From a virus (lineage: Duplodnaviria > Caudoviricetes): a DNA stretch of 64,000 nt. The DNA is taken from IMG/VR virus record IMGVR_UViG_3300027708_000016; one strand, written 5' to 3'. The position numbers and the translations under genes were made by a program. Below the pieces are notes generated by a model. That model was not told where the DNA came from and did not search any database. It was given only the letters and a program-made list of their open reading frames with translations. Every line of letters starts with the position of its first letter. Positions within the stretch are counted from its first letter, which is position 1. Below, one piece after another: positions 31,078-40,434 of the stretch.

Positions 31078-31547
31078 ATTATCTGCACCAAAAATAAAGG
31101 TGGTGCATTACGCTCATTGGGGTCTTTGCACCTCTGACGCAACCTAATAAGAAATCTTCTGTTTCCTGATTTATTGCTTCTTGATTAGCATAATTCTCAA
31201 TATAACTCTTGAGATTTGCTAAATTTACATCCAAATATTTTCTTGGGCTTGGGTTATCAATATCTAAATTGAATTTCTTTTCGATTTGATCAACGAGGTC
31301 TCTAACCACAGTTTTGTTTACCTTTGAATGATTTGTCATAGGTATACTTTTAGCTGGTTCAAATTCCTTCGGTGCTTCGCTGGTAGCGAGAGCATTTTCA
31401 AAAATCTGATCAAACATATTATCTTCTTTTATTAATCTTTTATACTTTGTCTTTCTTAAAAGATTTCTTTCCTTTAAGGTAAGATTCTTACCAAAGTAAT
31501 AATGTTCTGTTGCTAATTTTTTAATTTCTTTTTCTTTCATAAAATTA

Positions 31548-33254
31548 TTATTTTCTCTTTGCTGCTTCTGCACTTAACATTGATGATGTTTCCTGCATTT
31601 CTTTCATGAATTTTTGTGCAAAATTTGCCTTCTCGGTTGCATCATAATTTCCAGTTTGTAGATATTTAAATACCGTCATTAACGTATCTTTATCCAATCT
31701 GTTTTTCAATTGAATAAAAATATCTTGTGACCATTCAGGATGTAAATTGTTAAACACCTTTGCAATATTTTCAAGGATGTATTGCTCATTTGGTGTAAGA
31801 GGACTATTAGGATTTTTATGTAATAATTTTGAAACGTATGCAAACTTACCAGCCAAGAATTCCGCAATCTTAAACATATCAGCTTGATATTTATCTTCAA
31901 TTTTTCCACCCGTATCAAGATGACCAACTAATGATTTCATGTCATATGCTCGTAAAAGCTTTATGAAATTAACAAACTCATCTGCCCATGCTGAACCCAA
32001 TAACCCAGCAGCCTTATCCCAAATATATCTATAAGGAGGAACTGGTAAAGTTTTACCTTCCTTTTTAGCCTTTGCGTATATTCGATATGCGTGTTTTAAT
32101 TGATCTGAAAATTTCTCAATCTGTCTTGGTACTGGTAATGGATCGCCAGTTCGCGAAGATTTAATTTCACGATCTTCCGTAGGTATAAATATATTTGCCT
32201 TCCCTTCTCTACCTTCCTTACTTGGAGCAACCACTTCGTGTTTTATAAATGCTATAATTCTTGGATCTACACCTTCATGCACAGCAAAATCACACCATGC
32301 TTCGGGATCAGCAACTAAAACACCAGACTCAAATCTTGTTACCAAGGCTAATGGTATTGGCTCGTTTCCAAAAGCAGATGCCAAATTAGCAGCAGCCAAA
32401 ATTGCCCACCCTTCACTGAATTTACCTTTTCCACCTGAACGATCTAAAACTACTTTAAATAAAGCTTTTAATGTTTGTTTATCACCTTGATTTAATTCGT
32501 CCAAAAAGAGAATACCATCCGAGCCTGGTCTTGTCATTAACCAAATCCATAAATCTTGATTGTAACTAACAGGTGCTTCAACGTCTTCGTTTTCACCTAC
32601 TACTTGTTCAAGAGTTTTAAAGGGAATACCCTTGATATCAGAAGGTTCAAGTTCATTTGCTCTTACATCAACTAAAGCAAAATAATTTTGAGGATTTCTT
32701 AAACAATCCATGATTTCCTCTGGTTCTGCCTTTAAGAAATTAATATATTTTCTTTGCTTTCCCGTTCTTTGTTTTGTTTTTGGATCAATCGATTCACTTC
32801 CACCAACAAAAGAAGTCGATGCAAGATCTTTTGCAATACTTGCAACCATTGTACTTTTACCGATACCAGAACCACCGTAAATTAAAAGAGGTTGTTTTGT
32901 TACATAAGAATTTCTTATATACATGTCTATAGTTTTATAACTATATTGTGGTAATTCTGTATCTGCATAACTTTTTACCATCTCTTCGCCAGCCGTACCG
33001 TCACCTAAATCAAGATTATCTAAATCTGCTTCCAAGTCAGGTTCTTCAACTGGTAAAACTAAATTCTCATGATCTTCTGCTGAAGCTGTTGATTTGGTTG
33101 GTGGTTTTGATAATTTTGCAACAGATCCTTTGATTTTATCAAACCCACCAACTTCTGATGAATTATCCTTGAATTTTGCAGCGGACTCATCGGCTTCATT
33201 AAGATAAACAGCACCATAAGCTTCCATCAGTTTAAATAAATCTCTATTGTTCAT
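31548..33254 (-). CDS. MoxR-like AAA+ ATPase with N-terminal EAY extension
   Basis: Walker A GGSGIGKS, DIKGIP, Walker B LFLDELN, AAAN, ALVTRF. Confidence 0.88.
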   Translation of the reverse strand: MNNRDLFKLMEAYGAVYLNEADESAAKFKDNSSEVGGFDKIKGSVAKLSKPPTKSTASAEDHENLVLPVEEPDLEADLDNLDLGDGTAGEEMVKSYADTELPQYSYKTIDMYIRNSYVTKQPLLIYGGSGIGKSTMVASIAKDLASTSFVGGSESIDPKTKQRTGKQRKYINFLKAEPEEIMDCLRNPQNYFALVDVRANELEPSDIKGIPFKTLEQVVGENEDVEAPVSYNQDLWIWLMTRPGSDGILFLDELNQGDKQTLKALFKVVLDRSGGKGKFSEGWAILAAANLASAFGNEPIPLALVTRFESGVLVADPEAWCDFAVHEGVDPRIIAFIKHEVVAPSKEGREGKANIFIPTEDREIKSSRTGDPLPVPRQIEKFSDQLKHAYRIYAKAKKEGKTLPVPPYRYIWDKAAGLLGSAWADEFVNFIKLLRAYDMKSLVGHLDTGGKIEDKYQADMFKIAEFLAGKFAYVSKLLHKNPNSPLTPNEQYILENIAKVFNNLHPEWSQDIFIQLKNRLDKDTLMTVFKYLQTGNYDATEKANFAQKFMKEMQETSSMLSAEAAKRK

Positions 33255-33288
33255 GTTTTAATTATAAATTACTTATCTCTATACAAGG

Positions 33289-34233
33289 TTAATATGTGTA
33301 TTTTATATCAACTTTATAAATGAAATTTGTGTATCTTCCCTTTAAATATTCGTCTGTTGAGTTTCCATGTAGTAATACTACAGTTTGACCTTTAATTTTT
33401 GGTTTTATTAAAGTTCCCATTCCTTCTTCAATTCGTCCATCAGTAAAAATTAAAAGGTTGTCAACATTTACTTTTTCCAATTGTTTTATATCTTGATTTA
33501 CCCACATAGAAACAGGGTTAATTCTCGTACCACCTTCAGCAATTGTAACGTTTTCAAGCTCTTCTTTAATTTGCTCAAAAGATTTTTCTGGTATTTTTAA
33601 ATGAGTAAATTTATAAACTTTTTCAGTAAAATAAATTATGTATATATCAAGATGTTTAAATTTTTTAATTATTGTTAAAATCTGATTTCTTATTGTTCTT
33701 AAAACTGGTTCTCTCATACTACCAGAAGTATCGATTGCAATTACACCAGTAAATTTATTTTCTTCTTTAGATTTGCCAGGTAAAAAGACACCAACCGCAC
33801 CACTTTTTTTATGTCTTTTTGTAAAGTCATATCTTGTGTTAGCAGAATTTGTTAAAAATCTTTGTAAAATAGTTTCCCAATTCATACCAGCTTGCTGCCA
33901 ATTAAGATCTTTATCTAAAGCTTGTTCTTCGCCGTGTCCCGATCCACCTTCACCTTTTGCTTGTTCTGCGGTTTCTTTTCTATTTTTTCTAACTTTATTT
34001 TTTTGTTCTTCGGTTTTTGGGTTGGTTCTATATACAGGATTTTTTGTGTATTTTGAAACGTCAATTATATCATGTTGATGATTACTATTATCGTAAATAT
34101 GAGTATCACCTTGAACGTGTGATCTTTCAATTTTGGGTTTAGTTCCTTCAAATTTAGCAGTACCTTGACCAGTTCCTTCGCTAACTGGTTTTAGTTTTCT
34201 TACTTTATCTCTGTTTAAAATAATATCACTCAT
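33289..34233 (-). CDS. vWA-domain protein (DUF2201 C-terminal type)
   Basis: MIDAS DTSGSM, GGT, FTDG; [10 protein letters not shown]; start overlaps upstream stop (ATGAGTGA). Confidence 0.85.
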   Translation of the reverse strand: MSDIILNRDKVRKLKPVSEGTGQGTAKFEGTKPKIERSHVQGDTHIYDNSNHQHDIIDVSKYTKNPVYRTNPKTEEQKNKVRKNRKETAEQAKGEGGSGHGEEQALDKDLNWQQAGMNWETILQRFLTNSANTRYDFTKRHKKSGAVGVFLPGKSKEENKFTGVIAIDTSGSMREPVLRTIRNQILTIIKKFKHLDIYIIYFTEKVYKFTHLKIPEKSFEQIKEELENVTIAEGGTRINPVSMWVNQDIKQLEKVNVDNLLIFTDGRIEEGMGTLIKPKIKGQTVVLLHGNSTDEYLKGRYTNFIYKVDIKYTY

Positions 34234-35428
34234 ATTTTTTTCTATCGTTTTTTGATAATGGTTTAATTTTATAATGACCATCTGGGGTAATTTCAGTTAC
34301 TTCTCCAAAATTACCTCTGTCATCTTCGATTACATCACCTACACTAATATCATTGCCTTGGTCTTTTGTACCCGTACCAGTTGATGAACTAGTACCCGTA
34401 CCAGTTGATGTTCCTCTTCCAGTTTGCGTAGATGTACCAGTACCTGTTTGGGTTCCTGTACCAGTTCCTGTTTGAGTTCCTGTACCTGTCTGAGTACCAG
34501 TTCCTGTTTGAGTTCCTGTACCTGTCTGAGTACCAGTTCCTGTCTGAGTACCAGTACCTGACTGAGTACCAGTTCCTGTTTGGGTTCCTGTACCAGTTCC
34601 TGTTTGAGTTCCTGTACTTGTTTGAGTTCCTGTACCTGTTTGAGTTCCTGTACCTGTCTGAGTACCAGTTCCTGTTTGGGTTCCTGTACCAGTTCCTGTT
34701 TGAGTTCCTGTACCTGTTTGAGTTCCTGTACCTGTCTGAGTACCAGTTCCTGTTTGAGTTCCTGTACCTGTCTGAGTACCAGTTCCTGTTTGGGTTCCTG
34801 TACCAGTTCCTGTACCCTTACTTTTATTTTTTTCTAAAATGTCATATATTTGTTCTGCTTTTAAATCAGTAATATCAACATTATTAAGTTCCCATCTCGG
34901 AGGTGTCATCCAATCTTTTCCGTTAGCTATCCATCTTCCGTTTTTAAGAACAGGAAGTAAAGCCATACGATTTAATTTCAACCCAAAAATTTCCAAATAT
35001 TTGTTAATAACATAATCAGTAGAAACATTCCAGAGAAGATTGTCTCTACCAAGTTGTCTATCAAAAGATGATAATAAATAATGATGAACCTCGTGAGCTA
35101 AAGTTGCGGTAAACTCATCTTCTGTTATTTCATAAGCAGCAAATTTTGGATTTATGTAAAGATTTTCATAACCATCAACTGCCATTGTATCAACAGACCA
35201 ATCAAGATTAATAGCTAATTTTTTAAGGTGAATTCCTATTGTTTTAAAAAATCTCGACAAAAACATTTTAGAATTTAAAAGTCTTTTATCAATTATTTCA
35301 AAAGCTTCTCTTTCGTTAAATTCATCTCCTCCTTTAGAGGTGGGTGTGGGTTCAGGTGCTGGCGAATTTTCGTTATATATTGAAATATAACGCTCCATAA
35401 TAGATTGAAGATCTTTACTATATGCCAT
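34226..35428 (-). CDS. Putative metallopeptidase (DUF2201_N-like) with Thr/Gly repeat linker
   Basis: [30 protein letters not shown]; (TGTQTG)n; C-terminal SH3/KOW-like VGDVIED. Confidence 0.85.
   Translation of the reverse strand: MAYSKDLQSIMERYISIYNENSPAPEPTPTSKGGDEFNEREAFEIIDKRLLNSKMFLSRFFKTIGIHLKKLAINLDWSVDTMAVDGYENLYINPKFAAYEITEDEFTATLAHEVHHYLLSSFDRQLGRDNLLWNVSTDYVINKYLEIFGLKLNRMALLPVLKNGRWIANGKDWMTPPRWELNNVDITDLKAEQIYDILEKNKSKGTGTGTGTQTGTGTQTGTGTQTGTGTQTGTGTQTGTGTQTGTGTGTQTGTGTQTGTGTQTGTGTQTSTGTQTGTGTGTQTGTGTQSGTGTQTGTGTQTGTGTQTGTGTQTGTGTQTGTGTGTQTGTGTSTQTGRGTSTGTGTSSSTGTGTKDQGNDISVGDVIEDDRGNFGEVTEITPDGHYKIKPLSKNDRKKYE
34370..34815 (-). repeat. Coding tandem repeat encoding (GTGTQT)n
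   Basis: About 20+ imperfect 18-nt units such as gttcctgtacctgtttga. Confidence 0.95.
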
Positions 35429-35474
35429 ATGAATAAATACTTATACGATTTTAAATTATTTCTACAAAAAAAAA

Positions 35475-35547
35475 TGAGGGGGTAGAGGGAATCGAACCCT
35501 CTCATTAAGTTTGGAAGACTAACAGGCTACCGTTACATCATACCCCC
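35475..35547 (-). tRNA. tRNA-Gly(UCC)
   Basis: Loop CTTCCAA; GGGGGTA/TACCCCC; ends TCA, not CCA. Confidence 0.85.
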
Positions 35548-35551
35548 AAGT

Positions 35552-35626
35552 TGGCATCGATACGGGGATTTGAACCCCGACTACAGCTGTGAAAGAGCCG
35601 TATGCTAACCATTACATTATATCGAC
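35552..35626 (-). tRNA. tRNA-Glu(UUC)
   Basis: CGGCT-CTTTCAC-AGCTG; CCA. Confidence 0.88.
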
Positions 35627-35771
35627 TTATTCATATATCTTAGTGATGTTTTCTTATAAAGTCAACAATAAAAATAATAAGACTTAAAATAATATATCCT
35701 GCAAAAAATAAAATAACCATTACTCCTGTCATAGCTGCTTCTAGTGGATCAAGCACATATATACTTACAAA

Positions 35772-35791
35772 TGGCAGGAGAGGGAATTGAA
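35772..35791 (-). pseudogene. Orphan tRNA 3' fragment
   Basis: Minus strand TTCAATTCCCTCTCCTGCCA; aligns in register with the 3' end of the CAU tRNA at 36471. Confidence 0.6.
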
Positions 35792-35818
35792 AAACGAATT
35801 TCAATTGTAAGTATTAAT

Positions 35819-36544
35819 ATGAAAATGTTAATATCAATTGAAGAATTAGAAAATGTTTCTGTTGTTCCCTGTGAATGTCTTAATTGTAAACGAACATTTG
35901 AAGTTGGAAAGGGTGAAATAAAAAGAGCACTTAAAGGAACAAGGAAAGCTGAATATTGTTCTCATAAATGTAAAAATGAATATTATACTAGAAAACAAAA
36001 TATAAATTGTAAAAATTGTAATAAATCATTTTTAAAATTACCAAATCAAATAAAAAAAACAATAAATCATTTTTGTAATCATTCGTGTTCAGCAACATAT
36101 AATAATAAAAATAAAACACATGGAACAAGAAGGTCAAAATTAGAATCTTGGTTAGAAGAACAATTAACTATTCTATATCCAAAATTAGAAATACATTATA
36201 ACAGAAAAGATATCATTAATAGTGAGTTAGATATTTATATACCATCTTTAAAACTTGCTATTGAACTCAATGGTATATTTCACTATGAACCAATTTATGG
36301 AAAAGATAAACTAAAACAGATTACAAATAATGATAATAGAAAGTTTCAAGCTTGTTTAGAAAGGGAAATAGAACTTTGTATTATAGATGTTTCAAAATTA
36401 AGTTATTTTAAACCAGCTAATGCTAAAAAATATTTAGATATTATTTTAGAAATTTTAAATAAAAAAAAAATGACAGGGGTGGAAATCGAATCCACGACGA
36501 ATGGTTATGAGCCATTCTGGAGCACCAGCCCCGACCCCCTGTGA
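35819..36544 (+). CDS. Homing-type endonuclease (Zn-binding repeats + Vsr/DUF559-like PD-(D/E)XK domain)
   Basis: CxxC/YCSxxC repeats; ELDIYIPSLKLAIELNGIFHY; TAAGTA upstream; C-terminus runs into the antisense tRNA via an A10 tract. Confidence 0.82.
   Translation: MKMLISIEELENVSVVPCECLNCKRTFEVGKGEIKRALKGTRKAEYCSHKCKNEYYTRKQNINCKNCNKSFLKLPNQIKKTINHFCNHSCSATYNNKNKTHGTRRSKLESWLEEQLTILYPKLEIHYNRKDIINSELDIYIPSLKLAIELNGIFHYEPIYGKDKLKQITNNDNRKFQACLEREIELCIIDVSKLSYFKPANAKKYLDIILEILNKKKMTGVEIESTTNGYEPFWSTSPDPL
36471..36543 (-). tRNA. Atypical tRNA with CAU anticodon (Met/fMet/Ile2 unresolved)
   Basis: AATGG-CTCATAA-CCATT; D-arm GGGGC-TGGT-GCTCC; apparent 1:72 mismatch. Confidence 0.65.
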
Positions 36545-36549
36545 TAAAA

Positions 36550-36624
36550 TGGCACGTTGGGTGGGTAACGCTCCCACATAAGGCAGTTTTGGAGACTGCT
36601 GCATTTCTTGTCTGCCACCAACGT
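36550..36624 (-). tRNA. tRNA-Trp(CCA), non-canonical T-loop
   Basis: GCAGT-CTCCAAA-ACTGC; T-arm GTGGG-AGCGTTA-CCCAC. Confidence 0.82.
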
Positions 36625-36640
36625 ATGTTTAATATTTATC

Positions 36641-36711
36641 AGCCTAATAAAAGAATCGAACTTTTGTTTGATGATTACAAATCAACCGTTTTACCATTAA
36701 ACTAATCAGGC
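36641..36711 (-). tRNA. tRNA-Thr(UGU), no encoded CCA
   Basis: Loop TTTGTAA; GCCTGAT/ATTAGGC; one mismatch in anticodon stem. Confidence 0.8.
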
Positions 36712-36927
36712 GTTGTATTAATAACTTATCACAGATACCTCATGATGTCAATTAGTTTCTACGTCTTTTTTTGCAATTCTTAATGTTGGAGCATTGTCAA
36801 AGGGAGCCATAACCCAATAATCTTCACCTTCTTCTGAAATAATATCAATATATTGACCTTCGCTTAGTATAAAGTGTTCTTTTGTTTTTACAACACCTTG
36901 GCGGTAATTAGATCTTTTATTTCTCAT

Positions 36928-37074
36928 TTATGACTTTTTCTTTTTATTCTTAACGCAATTATTTACTCTCTTACCAGTTCTACCACTGGTTTTCATACCT
37001 TTTTTATGGTATCCATCCCAACACTTTATTTTCTTTTCTTCCAATATGGAAGCAACTAAAAGATCGTATTTCAT
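36928..37074 (-). CDS. 48-aa protein with CWxGY...NCV motif (not in ORF track)
   Basis: MKYDLLVASILEEKKIKCWDGYHKKGMKTSGRTGKRVNNCVKNKKKKS. Confidence 0.6.
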   Translation of the reverse strand: MKYDLLVASILEEKKIKCWDGYHKKGMKTSGRTGKRVNNCVKNKKKKS

Positions 37075-37075
37075 A

Positions 37076-37492
37076 TTATTGTGCGGTTAGTGTTGATATT
37101 GGAGCACTTGAACCAACTTTTCTTTCAATATAGATCAAACGCTGATCTAAGTTATCCATTCTTTTATCTAAACCAGCTTCAGTCTGGTTGATATGTTTTA
37201 AATCTTCTGAGAAGATACTTTGATTATTAATAATTGTTTCTAATTTTGCCTGTGTTACCTCAAATCTTTTTTGTGATTCTTGTGCTGAATGTTTATCATT
37301 TTCTATTTGTCTTTCAACGTATATTGCAAACCTATCTTGGGTTACAAAATGTTGACTCAACCATAATGTAATATAACTAAACACTACGAATGCAAATATC
37401 ATTATTGCTGGTTTGATTAAAATTCCATACCATTTATCAGTTTTAAAATCAGGAAGATGGTTAATTGGATCAAGAGGATTTAAACTACTCAT
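37076..37492 (-). CDS. Single-TM protein with coiled-coil tail
   Basis: Hydrophobic helix ILIKPAIMIFAFVVFSYITLWL followed by heptads. Confidence 0.55.
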   Translation of the reverse strand: MSSLNPLDPINHLPDFKTDKWYGILIKPAIMIFAFVVFSYITLWLSQHFVTQDRFAIYVERQIENDKHSAQESQKRFEVTQAKLETIINNQSIFSEDLKHINQTEAGLDKRMDNLDQRLIYIERKVGSSAPISTLTAQ

Positions 37493-37555
37493 ATTATTAC
37501 ATGTATATGATTATACTTACAGTATGTTGTTACACTTTTAGTCTAAATATTATAG

Positions 37556-38227
37556 ATGACACAACCCAAAACATTAGTAATTTCGGACGTTCACCTTGGA
37601 TCACCAGTTTGCCGAACCGATGCACTTTTGAAACTTTTATCAGAAGAAAAATATGACAAACTCATTATCAATGGAGATCTATTAGATAATGATTATTTTC
37701 AAAGATATAAAAAAAAGCACTGGAAAGTTTTAGAACTTATTAGAAAGATTTCCAAGAAAAAGGAAGTTATTTTAATTTTTGGAAACCATGATAGGAAATC
37801 CGAAACATTGTCTCGGATTTTGGGAATAGAATTTGTACCCCAATACGAAATGAAAATTAATGGTAAACACTTCTTATTCTTACATTTAGATATATTTGAT
37901 ACCTTTATTGCTCATTATGGTTTATTAACCACTATTGCTGAAAATATTTATTACTTTTTACAAAAGATTCATGAACCACTAGCAATATGGTTGAAGAAAA
38001 GTAGTAAAACATTCTTAGATGTTAAAGATAAAATAAAATATAAGGCACTAGAGTATATCCACAATACTGAATATGATGCAATATTTGGTGGTCATATTCA
38101 CTATGCTGAAGAGTATCATTGTAATAACACAAGCAAAAGTTATTATAATACTGGATCATTTTGTGATTCTCCTTGTCACTATATCATTATAAATGGTAAG
38201 GGTGAGGTTGTTTTGAAAAAGATTTAA
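37556..38227 (+). CDS. LpxH/YbbF-like metallophosphoesterase (UDP-2,3-diacylglucosamine hydrolase family)
   Basis: SDVHLGS, NGDLLD, GNHD, HLD.FD, GHIH, NTGS. Confidence 0.85.
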   Translation: MTQPKTLVISDVHLGSPVCRTDALLKLLSEEKYDKLIINGDLLDNDYFQRYKKKHWKVLELIRKISKKKEVILIFGNHDRKSETLSRILGIEFVPQYEMKINGKHFLFLHLDIFDTFIAHYGLLTTIAENIYYFLQKIHEPLAIWLKKSSKTFLDVKDKIKYKALEYIHNTEYDAIFGGHIHYAEEYHCNNTSKSYYNTGSFCDSPCHYIIINGKGEVVLKKI

Positions 38228-39354
38228 ACTCTTACAATCTTACCAAGAGAAGGAACATTCGCCACTCCGTTTTGGACTAGAATCTGCTCGACACCAACTA
38301 CGTCATCATCATATGAAATAATTGAGAATCCATTCTGCCAATTTGCATCCGTTACATAATCAGGATTGAGAAGACATGCACAACCATTTTCGTAGTTATG
38401 ATTCTGTATCTCTGGACGATCACCAGCAGATGGAACTCTCTGCATTGTTGATCCCAAACGATGAGTGTGATTGGTCATAGTGGAAGTATGTTTCTTATCA
38501 TACTCGCCTCTTGCTGACATACCACCCATCTTCCTCACAACCGTGCCATGATAAACAATAAAGTTTGTTGGAAGTACGACTTCATCAACTAGTTTGATTC
38601 TTCTCCAACTTTCCTTCGGGAAGAAGAAGTTTTCATAGCTTAAAAGATCCCTACCGAAATCAGATGCGGCAACTTCTCCGAAGTTCTCACTAACATACCT
38701 CCACCATCTTCCTTCAATACTGTTGCCAGAATGGTTTGCATTAGTCTCAAAAAGCTCCGCATCAAAGTCAACTGTGATGTCATGAAGAGTTTTAAGAAAC
38801 TTGTGATATCTTTGTCTCTCGTCCTCCAAAGACTGAACGTGTCTACAATCCTTTGGATACCTACTAATTGCAAACATATCCAAAGTATCTCCGTTGATGA
38901 TAATTTTTTCTGGTTTGGTTTGAGCAACAACCTCAAAGAACACATCAATTGTTTTCTGACACTCTGTACCAAAATGAAGATCACCGATTACCACAGCTTT
39001 TTTAGAAGGCGTTACGCTCATGTTACTTCTAACTGGTGCAGGATACTCAATAGGAGTAATCTGGTCAAGCAACCTACGGATCTCATCCTCGTTGTTGTAG
39101 GTAGGAATATAACTCCTTGGACTAAAAGTATTAGAACTTTCATCTTCGATGATTTGCTCAGTTGTCTCCTTGAAACCATTACTAGTATTCTCAATAATAA
39201 GTTTCGTGACGCTACCACCAATCCAGTTATAGATAGTCTTCCTAGGAACCCTAAGAATGTTAGATATCTCGGTATTACTCTTGCCGAGACTTTTTAGCTT
39301 TTTAGCTTCTACTATAAGTCTTGGTTTATCGTCTTTGTTGTATGTATTTGACAT
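38224..39354 (-). CDS. HTH-fused metallophosphoesterase
   Basis: N-terminal GKSNTEISNILRVPRKTIYNW helix-turn-helix; GDLHFG, NGDTLD, NHS, HTHR, WQNGF. Confidence 0.8.
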   Translation of the reverse strand: MSNTYNKDDKPRLIVEAKKLKSLGKSNTEISNILRVPRKTIYNWIGGSVTKLIIENTSNGFKETTEQIIEDESSNTFSPRSYIPTYNNEDEIRRLLDQITPIEYPAPVRSNMSVTPSKKAVVIGDLHFGTECQKTIDVFFEVVAQTKPEKIIINGDTLDMFAISRYPKDCRHVQSLEDERQRYHKFLKTLHDITVDFDAELFETNANHSGNSIEGRWWRYVSENFGEVAASDFGRDLLSYENFFFPKESWRRIKLVDEVVLPTNFIVYHGTVVRKMGGMSARGEYDKKHTSTMTNHTHRLGSTMQRVPSAGDRPEIQNHNYENGCACLLNPDYVTDANWQNGFSIISYDDDVVGVEQILVQNGVANVPSLGKIVRV

Positions 39355-39555
39355 ATCATCCTATAGTAAGGGATGATCATTAATATGTCAATTACTTTTT
39401 AAAAATATTTTTCAAAGTATCTTTAAAAGATTTCAATCTTGTTTTTTTTAATTCTTTTAGGTTATTAACAACCGTGGAATTACTCTCCAGTGTTTCAGGT
39501 ATATCTTCACAACCTAGATCTCTATAATTTCTGTTTGATGCGTATGGTATTTTTT

Positions 39556-40422
39556 TCATGTTCTATAATTTATAATATTATTTAAATGTTTACGTAATCC
39601 TTTTGGTTTTGGATTCATTAAAGGTGAATTTTTGGAATTTTCTTCTTTAGTTGATTCATTTTTAATTCCATCGAATTCGGGGGATTTAGATTTTCTTTCT
39701 AATAATGAATTATATGCAAGTATAAGTGCAACAGCCAGAGGATCAAAAACAAACACAATCCCCAAAGTAAACCACTTAACAACAGTGTCCATATCCACAC
39801 CAAAAGCTTTGGCAACATATTTGAGAGTTCCGATATCGACTTCCTTTGATCCTTCGATTTTTTGGGTGATCGAATCCTGACTAACTTGAAATAATTCTTC
39901 TGTAAGTTTATCAACTCTTGCTCTTGTTGTGGCGATCTCTTCTCCTGATTTTTTAATATCGTCATATATTGGTTTAGACGATTTTGATGACATACTTGGT
40001 AATCTTTTTTCTTGTGACTTTCTGGCTTCATTTAATGTATTTATTCTAGCATTCAGTTGAGATATTTCAAGATTTAAAAATTCTTTTTTGGAAGTCAATG
40101 CTTCTTGTTTAGTATCTGTTAATTCTACTTTGATATGACTTTGCTGATACGCACCTGTTAAAAATCCAAATATACCCAAGGATGTTATACCCATTAATAC
40201 AATAACAGCTATAGTCAAATATAACTTTAATAACCACCCGATTGTTTTCCAATATCTATGAAGAAAGGAAGCAGCTACGAGTTTTCCTATTTCAAGACCT
40301 CCTGCCATTACACAAACGGCAATATAACGAGCAGCATACAGGGTTGCTAAACCTTGAACCGAAAAGAACGCTGCGCAGCCAGCAACGATAAGCGCAACCA
40401 AACCAACTATTGTAGTGAACAT
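39556..40422 (-). CDS. Conserved T4-like-phage multi-TM/coiled-coil protein
   Basis: AAFFSVQGL, LEIGKLV, TSLGIFGFL, VFDPLAV. Confidence 0.7.
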   Translation of the reverse strand: MFTTIVGLVALIVAGCAAFFSVQGLATLYAARYIAVCVMAGGLEIGKLVAASFLHRYWKTIGWLLKLYLTIAVIVLMGITSLGIFGFLTGAYQQSHIKVELTDTKQEALTSKKEFLNLEISQLNARINTLNEARKSQEKRLPSMSSKSSKPIYDDIKKSGEEIATTRARVDKLTEELFQVSQDSITQKIEGSKEVDIGTLKYVAKAFGVDMDTVVKWFTLGIVFVFDPLAVALILAYNSLLERKSKSPEFDGIKNESTKEENSKNSPLMNPKPKGLRKHLNNIINYRT

Positions 40423-40434
40423 ATATAATACTTA

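Noticed and set aside
34432-34872. Plus-strand ORFs (146 aa and 85 aa) over the TGTQ repeat
   Set aside because: Artefacts of a stop-free antisense repeat
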